Below are positions 26,108 through 38,252 of a stretch of 64,000 bases of DNA, in pieces. Below the pieces are notes generated by a model that saw nothing but the letters and a program-made list of their open reading frames with translations, searched no databases and was not told where the DNA came from. Position numbers and translations under genes: made by a program. Numbering within the stretch: the first letter of the stretch is position 1; each line of letters begins with the position of its first letter. The stretch comes from Lepidodermella squamata. Taxonomy: Eukaryota; Animalia; Gastrotricha. The stretch lies in NCBI GenBank assembly GCA_047495785.1, contig JBLDXI010000042.1, positions 1,364,001-1,428,000 of the forward strand, given 5' to 3'.

Positions 26108-26794
26108 ATGGCGAGCACGACTCTGCAAGCTAAACTGCTTAAAATGGCTGAAGACGAGGCAATTTGTGACTTGGTTAAGAAACTCGGATTTTCAGTGGCT
26201 TCGATGCTGAGTGACCTGATCTCCATCGAATCTGAAAGGAAAGACGAGATAATCACGGTAACCAAACAATATCAACAATTTGTTGACGAAGTCAAAGAAG
26301 ATACTGCTTATGCGGCTGATAACGTGATCGACTCTGTCAAACAAGCGTCCTATGAGATCAGGAATGGCGGATGCCTGATCACCGCCGTCCACGAGGCCCT
26401 TTCCCAACGGGACAGGGCGAACAACATCATTATCTCCGGACTGGAAGCGCCAGACGGTAATACCGTCATAGCCTTATCTGACCTGGTTGCAAATCTCGGC
26501 ATCCTGAACTTCGACGTCAAAGAACGCATAATACGAACGAACCTGATCACGAGGGAAAACCAAGATCCTAAAATTATTGTGCAGCTGAAATATGCCTCCG
26601 ACAAACGTCTGTTTCTGGAAAAAGCCCCCCAACTTCGCAAAAAAGCTGGGTGGGAGTCTGTGTTCATTAGCAAGGACCTGACCCCTGCTCAAGCTAAGAT
26701 CGAGTTTGAAAAACGGGAGCACAACAGACGCCAACGATCGACTGGTGCGCCGGTAAAGAAAAACCTGGTACCTCCTCAACCGACATCACCTTAG
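26108..26794 (+). CDS. LINE ORF1 (coiled coil plus RRM-like region)
   Basis: RANNIIISGL, PKIIVQL and VFISKDLTP motifs typical of CR1/L2 ORF1. Confidence 0.85.
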   Translation: MASTTLQAKLLKMAEDEAICDLVKKLGFSVASMLSDLISIESERKDEIITVTKQYQQFVDEVKEDTAYAADNVIDSVKQASYEIRNGGCLITAVHEALSQRDRANNIIISGLEAPDGNTVIALSDLVANLGILNFDVKERIIRTNLITRENQDPKIIVQLKYASDKRLFLEKAPQLRKKAGWESVFISKDLTPAQAKIEFEKREHNRRQRSTGAPVKKNLVPPQPTSP

Positions 26795-29641
26795 GAACCT
26801 GGCGCCCTGTCCGTTGCTGACAAGAAAAACAGTAATGAAACTATTAACTTCCCATGCTACTTAATCAACACTAGACAGCTAACAAATCCGTATAAAGTTT
26901 CTCTGTTATTACTCAATCTCCTAACTACAAATGTAATCTTTGCCTTTATAACTGAAACGTGGTACAATGATGATTTCAATTCTTCCTTCTTCGAAAATAA
27001 TGGATATAAGGTTCATAGAGCTGACAGAACAGACCGCGAACGTGGTGGATCCATGCTACTCATTCACAAATCTTACGAATCCACCCTTGTAGCACAAACC
27101 TCGATTAAAGGATACTGTGAGATTGTTATATGCGACGTCCTCATTAATGATATAAAGTTACGTCTGTGTTGCACTTATAAATCTCCTAGCGCCGATAGCA
27201 CTGTTACGGAAGAAATGTGTAGCTTTATTGAAGAGCATCTAACCGATACTTTGTTTGTACTAGCCGGTGACTTCAACTTTCCGGACATCAAGTGGAATAA
27301 CCTCACTCACTGTGGCGGAGGGAAAGAACAAATGTTTATCAATCTTGTTAATGATATTAATTCCAGTCAACTTGCCACGGAACCAAACGGACCTGAACAT
27401 AAAAACATTCTTAATCTTATCATTACAAATAACCCTATGTCAATCAACAATATTGTTACTGACAAATCATTCGAGCCTACTGATCATTGTACAGTTAAAT
27501 TTTCTATTAATCTCAGCGGTGTTACATCTCTTAATAATGATGACAATAGATACATCGATGACTATCTCAACGCTGACTATGACAAAATATCGAAATTACT
27601 TCTGAGTTATGATTGGGACGATCTACTATCAACGTGCAATGATGTGAATGAACAATATGCGCTTTTCTTATCAATATATACAGATATTTGTGATAAATGC
27701 ATTGTAAAAAAACTTGTCAAAAGCAAATACCGTTTACCATGGTGCAATCGCGAGCTACATAGATTAGTTAGACGGAGAGACCGAGCCTGGTCGAAGTATA
27801 CTCGTTGCGGCAAGAAAAATGACGATCTAAATAAATATTGCAAAATCTCTCGTAAGACTATAGCTTTAAATAACTCTCTAAGAGAGTCATATGAAACACA
27901 ACTAGCTAACACTAATAATATGAAAAAACTGTGTAAATATGTGAATAACCATATGAAATTTAAATCTAGAATACCTTCAATACTTGTTGACGGCGAGACT
28001 ATCTGTGATCCCTTGAAAAAAGCTGAATTATTTGCGAAATTCTTCAAATCTCACTTTACTCTTGACGATGGCTGTAAATTAAATGTACAAAACAAACCAT
28101 GCGTTGTAAATGACTTATATTTCTCAGAACCCTCAATTATTGAAGCTCTTAAGAAAATAAAAATAAACTCTCCAGCTGGCCCTGATCTTATAAATCCATA
28201 CTTTGTTAGCAAAACTGTAAATGCTCTAGCTAAACCTTTATCTATAATCTTTAACTCTAGCTATTCTTCTGGTTCTGTTCCATTCTTCTGGAAATTAGCC
28301 AATGTAACGCCTGTATTTAAAAAAGGCTCACCTAATCTTGTTGACAATTATAGACCAATTAGCATTACCTCTCTACCTTGCCGTATCATGGAATCAATTA
28401 TAAGAAAACAATGGATAAGAGTATTACTTTATGAAAAAATAATATCCTACGAGCAGTTTGGTTTTATATCTGAAAAATCGTGTGAAACGCAACTATTAGA
28501 CTGTTTAAATAAATGGTGCGATCTTGTAGACAGAGGAATGACACTACACTGTATATACTTCGATCTTTCTAAAGCCTTCGATACGGTCCCACACGCTAAA
28601 CTTCTCGATGTCTTAAAATCTTTCAATATTAATGAATGTTTATATAATTGGATATCATCTTTTCTAACAGGACGTAAATTTCGCGTAAAAATACATAATT
28701 GCTTCTCTGAATTGTACGATGTGACCAGCGGTGTCCCACAAGGGAGTGTCTTGGGCCCCTTGCTATTTTTATTGTATATAAATGACTTACCAAAATATAT
28801 CAAATTCAGCATCATTCGTCTATTCGCCGATGATATTAAACTATTTCCTCATACCTCCTTAACTCCTATTGATCAAAGCACCAAACGTTTTAGCTATGAA
28901 TATATCCAAAGAGACGTTGATAATATTGTAAACTATCTCAAAGAACGCCAGCTTATTTTGAACCCGGACAAATGTGTTGTTTTGAAAATTAATACTACTG
29001 AATGTGTAAATATTGTAATCGGACAAAAATATCTAGAATGTGTGGATGAAATTAAAGATCTGGGTGTTATTGTTGACAGCCGTCTGACTTTCTCCAGCCA
29101 ATGTGCCAAAACTGTTGCTAAAGCCAGAAAAATATGCGGTATGATTTTACGCTCGTTCCAAACGAAGAAAACAGAAATACTAATGAAAGCCTTTGACATT
29201 TATGTGCTACCCATCTTACTTTATTGTAGTACTGTTTGGTCTCCAAGACTAATTGGCGACCAAAAGTTATTGGAAGGTGTGCAAAAAACGTTTACCTGGC
29301 GCGTGATGAAAACGCATGACTACGAAAAAAGACTTCTAAAACTTAGCCGCTTAACTATTATTCAGCGTCACTTGGTTAGAGATATATGTGTAACTAATGA
29401 TATATTGAAAGACAATGTTAATCTAGATACGAAATGTTTTTTCGATGTTAAAAAATCAAACTATGATACACGTAGCCATAAATATTTTCTCCTGATGCGT
29501 AAATCTCATCTTGATGTGCTATTTCATTTCTTTAGCTTTAGAGTTATAAATAATTGGAACAAATTGCCAGCCTTTATTATAGATATTAATGATCGACTAA
29601 TCTTTAAAAACCATATAAAAAATATTATTACAAAAATATAA
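26795..29641 (+). CDS. LINE ORF2: AP endonuclease plus reverse transcriptase
   Basis: The frame is open from directly after the ORF1 TAG. Motifs LINTR, ITETW, GDFNFP, TDH, NYRPIS, DLSKAFD, GVPQGSVLGP, LFADD, KDLGV. Confidence 0.95.
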   Translation, partial: EPGALSVADKKNSNETINFPCYLINTRQLTNPYKVSLLLLNLLTTNVIFAFITETWYNDDFNSSFFENNGYKVHRADRTDRERGGSMLLIHKSYESTLVAQTSIKGYCEIVICDVLINDIKLRLCCTYKSPSADSTVTEEMCSFIEEHLTDTLFVLAGDFNFPDIKWNNLTHCGGGKEQMFINLVNDINSSQLATEPNGPEHKNILNLIITNNPMSINNIVTDKSFEPTDHCTVKFSINLSGVTSLNNDDNRYIDDYLNADYDKISKLLLSYDWDDLLSTCNDVNEQYALFLSIYTDICDKCIVKKLVKSKYRLPWCNRELHRLVRRRDRAWSKYTRCGKKNDDLNKYCKISRKTIALNNSLRESYETQLANTNNMKKLCKYVNNHMKFKSRIPSILVDGETICDPLKKAELFAKFFKSHFTLDDGCKLNVQNKPCVVNDLYFSEPSIIEALKKIKINSPAGPDLINPYFVSKTVNALAKPLSIIFNSSYSSGSVPFFWKLANVTPVFKKGSPNLVDNYRPISITSLPCRIMESIIRKQWIRVLLYEKIISYEQFGFISEKSCETQLLDCLNKWCDLVDRGMTLHCIYFDLSKAFDTVPHAKLLDVLKSFNINECLYNWISSFLTGRKFRVKIHNCFSELYDVTSGVPQGSVLGPLLFLLYINDLPKYIKFSIIRLFADDIKLFPHTSLTPIDQSTKRFSYEYIQRDVDNIVNYLKERQLILNPDKCVVLKINTTECVNIVIGQKYLECVDEIKDLGVIVDSRLTFSSQCAKTVAKARKICGMILRSFQTKKTEILMKAFDIYVLPILLYCSTVWSPRLIGDQKLLEGVQKTFTWRVMKTHDYEKRLLKLSRLTIIQRHLVRDICVTNDILKDNVNLDTKCFFDVKKSNYDTRSHKYFLLMRKSHLDVLFHFFSFRVINNWNKLPAFIIDINDRLIFKNHIKNIITKI

Positions 29642-29789
29642 TGTGAGTGGACAGGGCGCATATGTGTCCCTGGCTCCTGATCGACTAATATATAATTTGT
29701 TATATATAATTAACTAGTATCTATGTGATAGATACATACATATATTCATCATGTTTACGGAGCAAAATAAAACTAAACTAAACTAAACT

Positions 29790-30413
29790 AAATGCAGAAG
29801 CTACAAGACCGAGCTGTCAGAATCATCATGAATGCGTCCATCGACGCTCCCGCGGCGCCATTACGCAAAGAGCTCGGATGGTTGGACTTGGACGGCAAAC
29901 GCGACGTACACCTGGCAACTTTAATGTTCAGGAGCATAATAGGTGAAGCCCCGGATGCTATCTGCAACTTGTTTACCAGGAAACAACCCGCTCGACAACT
30001 GCGCAACGCTCGCCTCACCTTCGAGCTTCCTAAAGCTGGAATCGACTACGGCAAAGCTCGTCTCAGCTACCGAGGACCGGCTTTGTTCAACTCTCTGCCC
30101 ATCTCTCTGCACACAGCACAAACCTATTGGCATTCTCGAATACGGCGGCACTTTGCCTGATTGTAAATGCGGCATGAAAGCCTGCTCAACCGCCAACGAT
30201 TGCCGTCAACTTGTATATAAACATCTTTTAAATTGTTGATTATTTTGTCTATTTGTTGATTTAATGTCCTATTTTGTTTTGACTGATGACCTGGCCTGAA
30301 CTGACTTCGATTCTCTGCACGAAACATTTTAGAAATGCACCTTTTCCACGTCGAGCTCTCAACTATGGGATTATGCTCAATAAATAAATAAATTAATAAA
30401 TTAATAAATAAAT
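29790..30413 (+). mobile_element. 5'-truncated LINE (CR1/L2 group) 3' end
   Basis: RT C-terminal peptide QKLQDRAVRII..LGWL..LSYRGPALFNSLP followed by a 3' UTR and an (AATA)n tail. Confidence 0.8.
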
Positions 30414-32036
30414 GGATCGCACGATCAACTAGCAAAGCGGAGTAATGGATACGAGCCAACTGACCAATCAGCGTGCGGATTTTTTTCAACTTACAACCTC
30501 AAACGCCATGTCAGGCCTGCATGAGCCTTCTGAGTAGATTTCACCGCAATGGCCCGAAATTGATCGATCGGGCTTGATTGCTTCCGTCTAGGCTTGATTC
30601 ATGCGGTCTTTGTTAAATGTTTTTTTGTATTCCATTAAGATGGAGGATCCTAGCTCGAGTTATGAGGAGACGGAATGCGTTGAGCAATGAACATTTTCGA
30701 TTCCAATCGCGTTAAAACCCAACATGCTTTGATAGTAGTAAAATCAGCGTAGAAACGTCAAATACAATTCCAAGCTTTTTCTTAACACGCATACATAATA
30801 CATATTCCACTACTACTCTGTAACCACACGACTAATCGCCTATACGTGGCAGCAACCTGCCATTCAAGAGTGGTGATACGATGGATATGTGCTTAGAGAG
30901 TATGAGAAATTACGCACATGTCAACTTGTATTGCATCAAATTCAACTTTGAGCTGACTTTCGCATATTTCGCCCGGGAGATCGGTTTGTGATTTGTGATA
31001 CTTTTTAAAAGTTACGTGAGCGAAAGTTTCGAAAATCCACGCAATTCCTGAGCTATTTCAGAAACCTCCATAATACCTCCATAAAACCTCCATAAAACAT
31101 CATCGTTGGCGGTTGGCGATAAAATAATGGCCAGAAAACCCGTAAAAATGATGCGAACCCAAAAAAACTCGTAAGCAGTGTGCACTTTTTTGTTAGGGCA
31201 GTCTAAAGAAATCAGCATTTTGCCTGTAGCGAGATCAAGCCTAATATGCGCACGTTATTAGTGTTCGCCGCGAGTTCTTTGTTGCATAACGCAGTGTCGA
31301 GTCCATACGTTTTAGTCTCAAGGACGGCGGCGATTATGGGCGCGCACAACCGAACCAATGAGCGCGCGCGGCCAGTTTCGGCGCGCAAAAGCGCACTAAT
31401 CAGCGCACGCGGCCCGCTTAGGTACGGATTTTGGCTATCCGTACCTCGGATACCCAAGCCGGTCATCCTGGTTCAGATGGCTCCGCTGCATGGTATGGAT
31501 GATCCGAATCCATCCATACCCTACTTTCTACACTGTTTAGACCCAAGAATACGCTTTGATTGTAGTAAAATCCGCATAGTAAACGTAAACTTCTACTTCA
31601 AGTTTATTCGCAACACGTATTCATACGTATGCCTTTACTACTGTGTATGTAACCGCACGACGACTCGCCTATACGTGGCAGCAATCTGCCATTCATGTGA
31701 TATAGAGCCTGAGTAGTTTAAGAATTTACGCTCATCTCAACTTGTATGGCATCAGCTTCCGTTAGAGCTAACGATGAGCTATATAATAATACATAAATAC
31801 TAGAAGCGGACCTCAATCTATTGATACCAGGTACACTCTGTGGTCCCTTTTGCGGATAACTTTCTAAAATTCGCCAAAAAGTGCTACATTTTGTGTTTTT
31901 GGGCAAAATTGCCACTCTTCTGCCACGGTTGGCTCTTTCGGTAATTGTTTCGAAATTTGAAAAATTATTTTATCACGTTGAGAAATTCCTCTATCCGACG
32001 GTATAAAACTTTTTTTTATGAACTTTTTTTATGAAT

Positions 32037-32286
32037 CCCGTTTTATGCACGTTGAGAAATTCCGACGACGATATAAAGCTTGTAGGGTAAATAATTTATT
32101 TCGATTTCCCGATTTTTTCCTAGCTCGAAAAGTTATTCTTCACCAGAATATTCCTGAACAAATTAGCGCTGTCGGTGAGTTCAAAGTCTAATATGCACAG
32201 CCGGAAAAAATCGGGAAATCGAAATAAATTATTTACCCTACAAGCTTTATATCGTCGTCGGAATTTCTCAACGTGCATAAAACGGG
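32037..32286. repeat. Perfect 84-bp inverted repeat with an 82-bp spacer
   Basis: 32037-32120 is the exact reverse complement of 32203-32286 as read by eye. Confidence 0.85.
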
Positions 32287-32727
32287 GTGTTCATAAAAAT
32301 ACCGACATCCCTGTCCTGTAGGCTTCATAATCGCCCTACCGATGTCGCGCTGTAGTGGAAGATGAGTGGCCATGGCTTTGAAACAACTTCGATTCACGCC
32401 AAACAAAAGCCCTTTACCCGCTTATTTACCCATGCCAATTTCTGAAGGATGCTATGCTTCTGATTCAACTAAGAGGGAAGAGGGAGGCGGATTTTGCAGT
32501 TCGCGATATCCACCGATGCAAATCCGGTGCGGAAATCAATGCTGAATTTCTTTACTTCCAGCCCACTCTCGTTTTTGATCGCTTGACAAAAGTGAACGAA
32601 GTGATATCATAGTTAATGGAAGGTCTTGTGGGAAATTCGAAACTCACCTGACATTCCGGCTTTTAAGAAAACTTTCGGACGTGGTCGCAAATTAAAGCCA
32701 TTCCAGCACTATTATTCAACTGCAGCA

Positions 32728-35365
32728 ATGCATTTTTTGCCAATGATTGGCCTGCTCATAGGGTCTATACCGCCAACTGGTGCTCAGAAAACCTACAACT
32801 TATCACTGCTGGCGCTTATGGGTTTCACCGGCAATCCACCAGCAACAGGCGTGGCCTGTAAAATTGCCTGCGATATAGCTGTTAACGCCGTGAACAACCA
32901 ATCGGGGATTCTACCCGACTACCGCATCGTAATGCAATACGAGGATGAAGCTGCTGGAATACTTGCAGCCAGGGTCGGAGTGAGCTACAGCCGTAGTTAC
33001 GAAAATCAACAGAAACCGAACGCATTTCAGTCACCCGTCATTGCAGGTCCGAACTTTTCGAATGGCTGCAAGATTCTCGGCCCGGCTTTGCACGAAATCA
33101 ACTCCGTCGGCGTCACTAGATCGTGCTCGGCTTCTTTTCTCACCGATAGAAATATCTATCGCAATTTGTACCTTATGCGATCAACAGCTGGATTTGTCAC
33201 GTTCGCTCAAATGCGTTTCATTAAAGATGTTGGGAAGTGGCAGCGCATTGGAATCATAACGAATGTTGGAAGTTTTTCGGATTACACTTCCGCCGCGATT
33301 CTACAACGTCTTTCCCTCGATCAGGGAAATGTCTCGGTGCCGTATTTCGACATAGTAGCTGAAATGGATGACGAGTACTTTGTGGCGATGAAGAAGAGTG
33401 ATGTCAGGGTTTTTGTAGTCACTACAGCAACTGGCCGGCTTGTATGGAGGTTTTTCTGTCAAGCTTACAAATTCGGTATCACTGGGCCGCGGTACGCTTT
33501 CATTCTTTTGGGGATAGTTTTCAGTGACCCTACAACTCTGCCGGACCCGGTGGTGCCTCAATGTCGTCGAGCTGTGGTAACTGAGCAAATGAAAGTAAGT
33601 TGACCTGCTAGCTTCTGAATACCCTCTAGATCTATTCTAGCTGAAACCCCTGAAAGTCGCACACTCTGTCGATTGTAGACTTTACCTAAGGAAAAAATGT
33701 CGGGTGTCTCAGGTGTGGAAAATAATTGAGCATTGTGCTTCGGAAACCCGACCTGATAGACGCGCCTTTAATTGCAGCTTTTAGTTTAAAACGCATGAAA
33801 ACACGGCTTACTCACCCCCACTGTTTCCGCCCTAGGTTGATTGCTTTCTATTTGCAATTTTTTCACAGCACGCGTTTTGGACTGCTCCGATCTTATCAAC
33901 GATGGATCCAACGACGAAAATTGTATTAGGATACAATCTGTTGGAATTCGACGCCTTGTTCGATCGATTCGCGAATAACACGAGACCTGTTGACTATGAA
34001 CAACGCGTTACCTGTCATGACAACATTCTTCAGGCTGTCCTGACACTTCACGAGTCAGAGGAAGCTCTGAAAATACAGAATCTATCACTGCGTAATATGA
34101 GAGATCAACCTGAACGCGTTATGCAAATCGTTAACAAAACGGCGCTCTCCGTCGATTATTTAGGGTTGAGGATAGGCAGGCTCAAGTATAATGATAGAGG
34201 AGAGGTCGATGGGGACGTATTGATGGTCAGCCAGTGGACACCAACCTCGGGTTACCAGATTTTGTATACAGTCCATCAATATCCTAACACTTCAGCGTAT
34301 TCTCTTTCGAGTTATTGGATGAAGAAATATCGCGATCCTTCTTGGCAAGCACAGAATGGCGAGCCACCCAAAGATGGAGCTAATTTGAAACTGGAAGTCG
34401 ACGAGATACCAAAAGAGATAATTTACATCACTGGACCTATGACTGCTTTAGTTAGCCTTGTGCAGATTGCGGGAATATCCAAAATTATCCGGATGGAAAA
34501 GTCGAATGTTCAAGGATTTTATAAACTGAAGCTCATTGGAATGATAGGTGCTCTGGTCATGAATGCTGCATCGATTGTTTTCTCTCTGCAAACATCGATA
34601 TCGCCTCTAATGCTTTGGAAGCTTAGACTTGTCCTATTAGTCCTGAGTTTCGGACTAGTGAATGGAACCCTGAACCTCCGTCCGTTCTTCATAGCGCAAA
34701 AAACTAGGAAGAAAGGAACTTCTTCGAAGGTAACTTCTGCAGAATATAGTCAGATTTCAGTTCCACACGGTAGTCCTGTTTCAACACGGGGGACAGCACT
34801 ACGGCTGATGAACTTCAAGGCTAATTGCGATGAGCATGGAAGATTCCGCCCCGGGTCTAACATGGCATTTGCACATGTGAAACAAATGGATTTGAAAGGA
34901 AAGGATGACTTGAGCTTTGCCTGGGTGCTAATTTTCACGTTGGTTAACGCTGCTCTCGTTGGATTCTGGTTACTTGGTGATCCTCTGAGGTGTGTCTTCG
35001 CGACCGAAGCTCCGGAATATATCGGTGAAGATGATCTGGTGGTTGAAACTTCCCACTGGGTATGCGAATCAGGGGGAAATCACTCGAAATGGCTTGCATC
35101 TATTCTAGCTCTCAATGCTGCTCTTCTGTTGGGTGGATGCATCTTCACTTTGAGATTGAAATTCAATAGACGGGTGATTGTTCCTGAGATGAAACAAATA
35201 TCTCTTGGCTTGGCTAATTTTGCTTTGATTCTCGTCGGTAGCATTCTGATTGTTGCTGCTGTAGACGGCATCGTTGCGCAGGAGATCACCATAGCTTTTG
35301 CTCTCATCTTTATTTCGGCTACAACGTCTGCATTTTGGGTCTACCCTCTTTATGCTGAAATTTGA
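32728..35365 (+). CDS. Divergent GABA-B-like class C GPCR (2 exons)
   Basis: Signal peptide and a Venus flytrap/ANF-receptor domain (VNNQSGILPDY, GPNFS, KWQRIGII, FCQAYKFGITGPRY). Intron 33595-33868 is in frame. Seven hydrophobic segments, with WxxGDPL at TM4. Confidence 0.85.
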
Positions 35366-36825
35366 GTGGATTTCAACCTCATAGTGTCTCAAGTGATGGC
35401 AAAATGAATTGTCTGATGGTGTATTGTAACGTATAAGTATTGATAGAAAAGATGTTGTATCTATCCAGTATCCAGAAAGACTCGGAATTCGGCATTTATC
35501 CTAATTACGGACTAATATCAGCCAACGTCTAAAAGAAAACCATGGCTAGGCCTAGTGAAAATTATTGTTGTTAGATTGCAAGAAATTACTTGGCTATTTC
35601 ATCAGTGTCTCCTTATTTGACTTAACGTTAACGGTTTATATTCGTCAATGTGAAAGGTCTTGATCACCCCGGGTCCCTTGCGCAACAGATTCGCCCAGGT
35701 TGCAAAGTACAGGGGTGCTGGGGTGTCGCGACACACCAGCTCAGGGACTCGAAACATAGGAAGGCTGAAAAAACCACAGGGGGGACCCTTTGGTTTCTTC
35801 GGCTTTCCGCTGGGTGCTACAACCTTGCTAGAAAACACCTCAGCTCCCGGATCCTACATCGCACAGTGCTTTCTTCTGTTGACCGTCTGACTGCTTCAAG
35901 TCTGGGACATTCCTGAGCGGGCGCTCAGATTCCATGAGCAAATCCAAGACTGAAAACTGAAAAGAGCATGTGTCTCTTCCTTTTCTCTCGGGTTCGGCAA
36001 AAATTACAAGCCATAGAAACACGACAAATCCAAGTGACAGAAGGACAGCACGTACAGATTTACCTTGCCGCAAGTCAGTTTCAACTCTCATCTACACACA
36101 GGCTTCTCATGCCCGAACTTTTCCGGCTGTAAAAAAAAATAAAAAAATTGGCCTTCCCTTTACAAAGCTCCATGAAAAAATGCAGTGGTTGCGTGTAGAA
36201 ATTTAAACTTAATTACCAACGTGTAAGTTTTATTCAAGCTTGAGCTGAAGTTGATTACAGAAGCTGAAGCTGAAGTTGCGTAAAAGCAACTTTAATGATC
36301 AACCCACAGCCGAGAAAAAAATGTTCAAGCCTAATTTCAACCTTCAACCGGCTTTTCTAAAACCTGCACAACACAGGTTCAACTTAATTAATCGCCGCAT
36401 CACATGACGGACTTTTTGCAGGCTGGAAAAACGCATAATATAAAGACAATTGACAGTGACTGAAGCAGCCTAAATTGCTTCGTGTAGCGCAGGTTTTAGC
36501 TGGCTGTTTCTGTATAAGCTTAATCAACTAACTTGATTCAAACTTGGGCAGAAGTTGATGAGAATATAATGCCTGGACGAGGGCGTATCTTGCGCATCAG
36601 CACCTTTAATGATCAACCTACAGCCGAAGAATTTTTTTGGTTAATTGAAGTTCATCCTTAACCGGCGCACGTGTTTTGTTGGAGGGTTTATAAAGCGAAG
36701 CTACCAGTGATCAAAGCATTATTTCAATTTTCACTTCTTTGAATTCTCCTCGATCCCTAATATCGAGCTGATCTTTTCTCATATTTCTAAAAAAATTCTT
36801 ACCTACTCAAGCTTCTTAGTTCAAA

Positions 36826-37924
36826 ATGGAATACTTGGCTCTAGCGATTCTCTTCACCGCCAGTGGCGTAGTTACAGCTTGCCCAGCTTCGACGACTACA
36901 ACGCCCTGCCCAACGATTTCTGTAAGATCCGAAAGTACGTCTGTAACTTGTCCTAATGGCCAGAGCTGTCTCACCACGACAAACCCGTGCCCAAGTGGCC
37001 AAAGTTGCCTCGCCACAGCTGCGACTTGCGCAACCGGTCTGAGCTGCCTGAGTACGTCTAATCCTTGCCCAAGTGGTCAGAGCTGCCTAGCCACGTCCAA
37101 TCCATGCCAAAGTGGCCAGAGCTGTCTCACCACGGCGAACCCTTGTCCAAGCGGTCAAAGTTGTCTCGCAGCAGCCGCAGCGACATGCGCAAGCGGTCAG
37201 AGTTGCCAAAGCACTTCCAACCCATGCCCAAGCGGCCAGAGTTGCCTTGCGCCCACGGTCTGCCCAACCTCAGTGAGTCATGCTTATTCAGAGAAACATT
37301 AGAGCATATCCTTTCTCTACAGCCAACATTCAAGCTGTGCAAAATACCGACCACCTTGGGCGGCCCTACTATTAGAAAGACTGACGTTCAGTTCTGCGTT
37401 TCGTCCCCAGTTGAATGCAGCGTGTATATCGGCAGTGGAGTATCTGTGAGAATAGTTCAATGAGTTTTTTGCAATTCTCTGAATTTCACAAATCCTTCAG
37501 GCCAGCCCGGCAACGTATACAACTTTCGCTGATTGCTGCGCAGCTCTCACACCTTCGAACAATATCAAGTACGAAACCATCCAGTATGGTGCAACGCCCG
37601 CTCTCGCTTGCGTTGCAGCCCTCTCCCCAACGCCTTACCCTATATATGGGTTCACTGAGGAAGGAAAGCCCGCCTACTGTGCTCGGTTTCCTCATTCCTC
37701 AACTTTTGATTCAACTGTCATGGTCACCAAAACTGTGGTAAGACACTTAATTCTTGCAATCCATCATACCTATTATTGCTTTCATTAAGCCACTGCAATC
37801 TGGTTCCTCCTATGAGGCTTCGTCATTCACCGATTGCTGCCAGCTCCTCAGTGCAAGTCCCGTCAAATATACCACTATATCTATGTATGACCGCTTTTTC
37901 GAGGGATGCTACGTCAGTTCATGA
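36826..37924 (+). CDS. Secreted Cys-rich CxxGQSC-repeat protein, copy 5 (8 repeat units; apparently intact)
   Basis: Same four exons with an expanded repeat exon; ends ...FFEGCYVSS*. Confidence 0.85.
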
Positions 37925-38252
37925 ACGAAACAGCCATCACCAAACATCTGGCAACTGGAATCATAGTTTGATTGTGACACCAAACATTAAACATTTACAA
38001 TATCTGCTGATTCTTCACTAATTTCATGTTTTAATCAGCGTTGCGCATTCGTTTAAAGTTAGGAGTAACATCAATTAGTGGCAGCTGCGTTGTTCGGCTT
38101 CGCAATTCTTAGGAATTAACAAAACATGGTATTCTCTCTCAATTTCAGACATAGCATAAGATAATTGTCTAAAATATGTGTTTGTTAAGAAAATAAAATT
38201 TATATCATCTCAGATTCCTTTATTTACGGAAAAAACTGAAAAATATACATCT

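Larger units (their letters stand above)
25642..29791 (+). mobile_element. CR1-clade non-LTR retrotransposon, probably full length (5' boundary approximate)
   Basis: ORF1 plus an APE-RT ORF2, a 3' UTR stem-loop (caggg...ccctg, about 29652-29672) and an (ACTAA)n tail at about 29770-29791. Confidence 0.9.

Noticed and set aside
31420-31520. Two short hairpins resembling a Helitron 3' end or a terminator
   Set aside because: No CTRR terminus or matching 5' end could be identified, and bacterial-type terminators are not relevant here.
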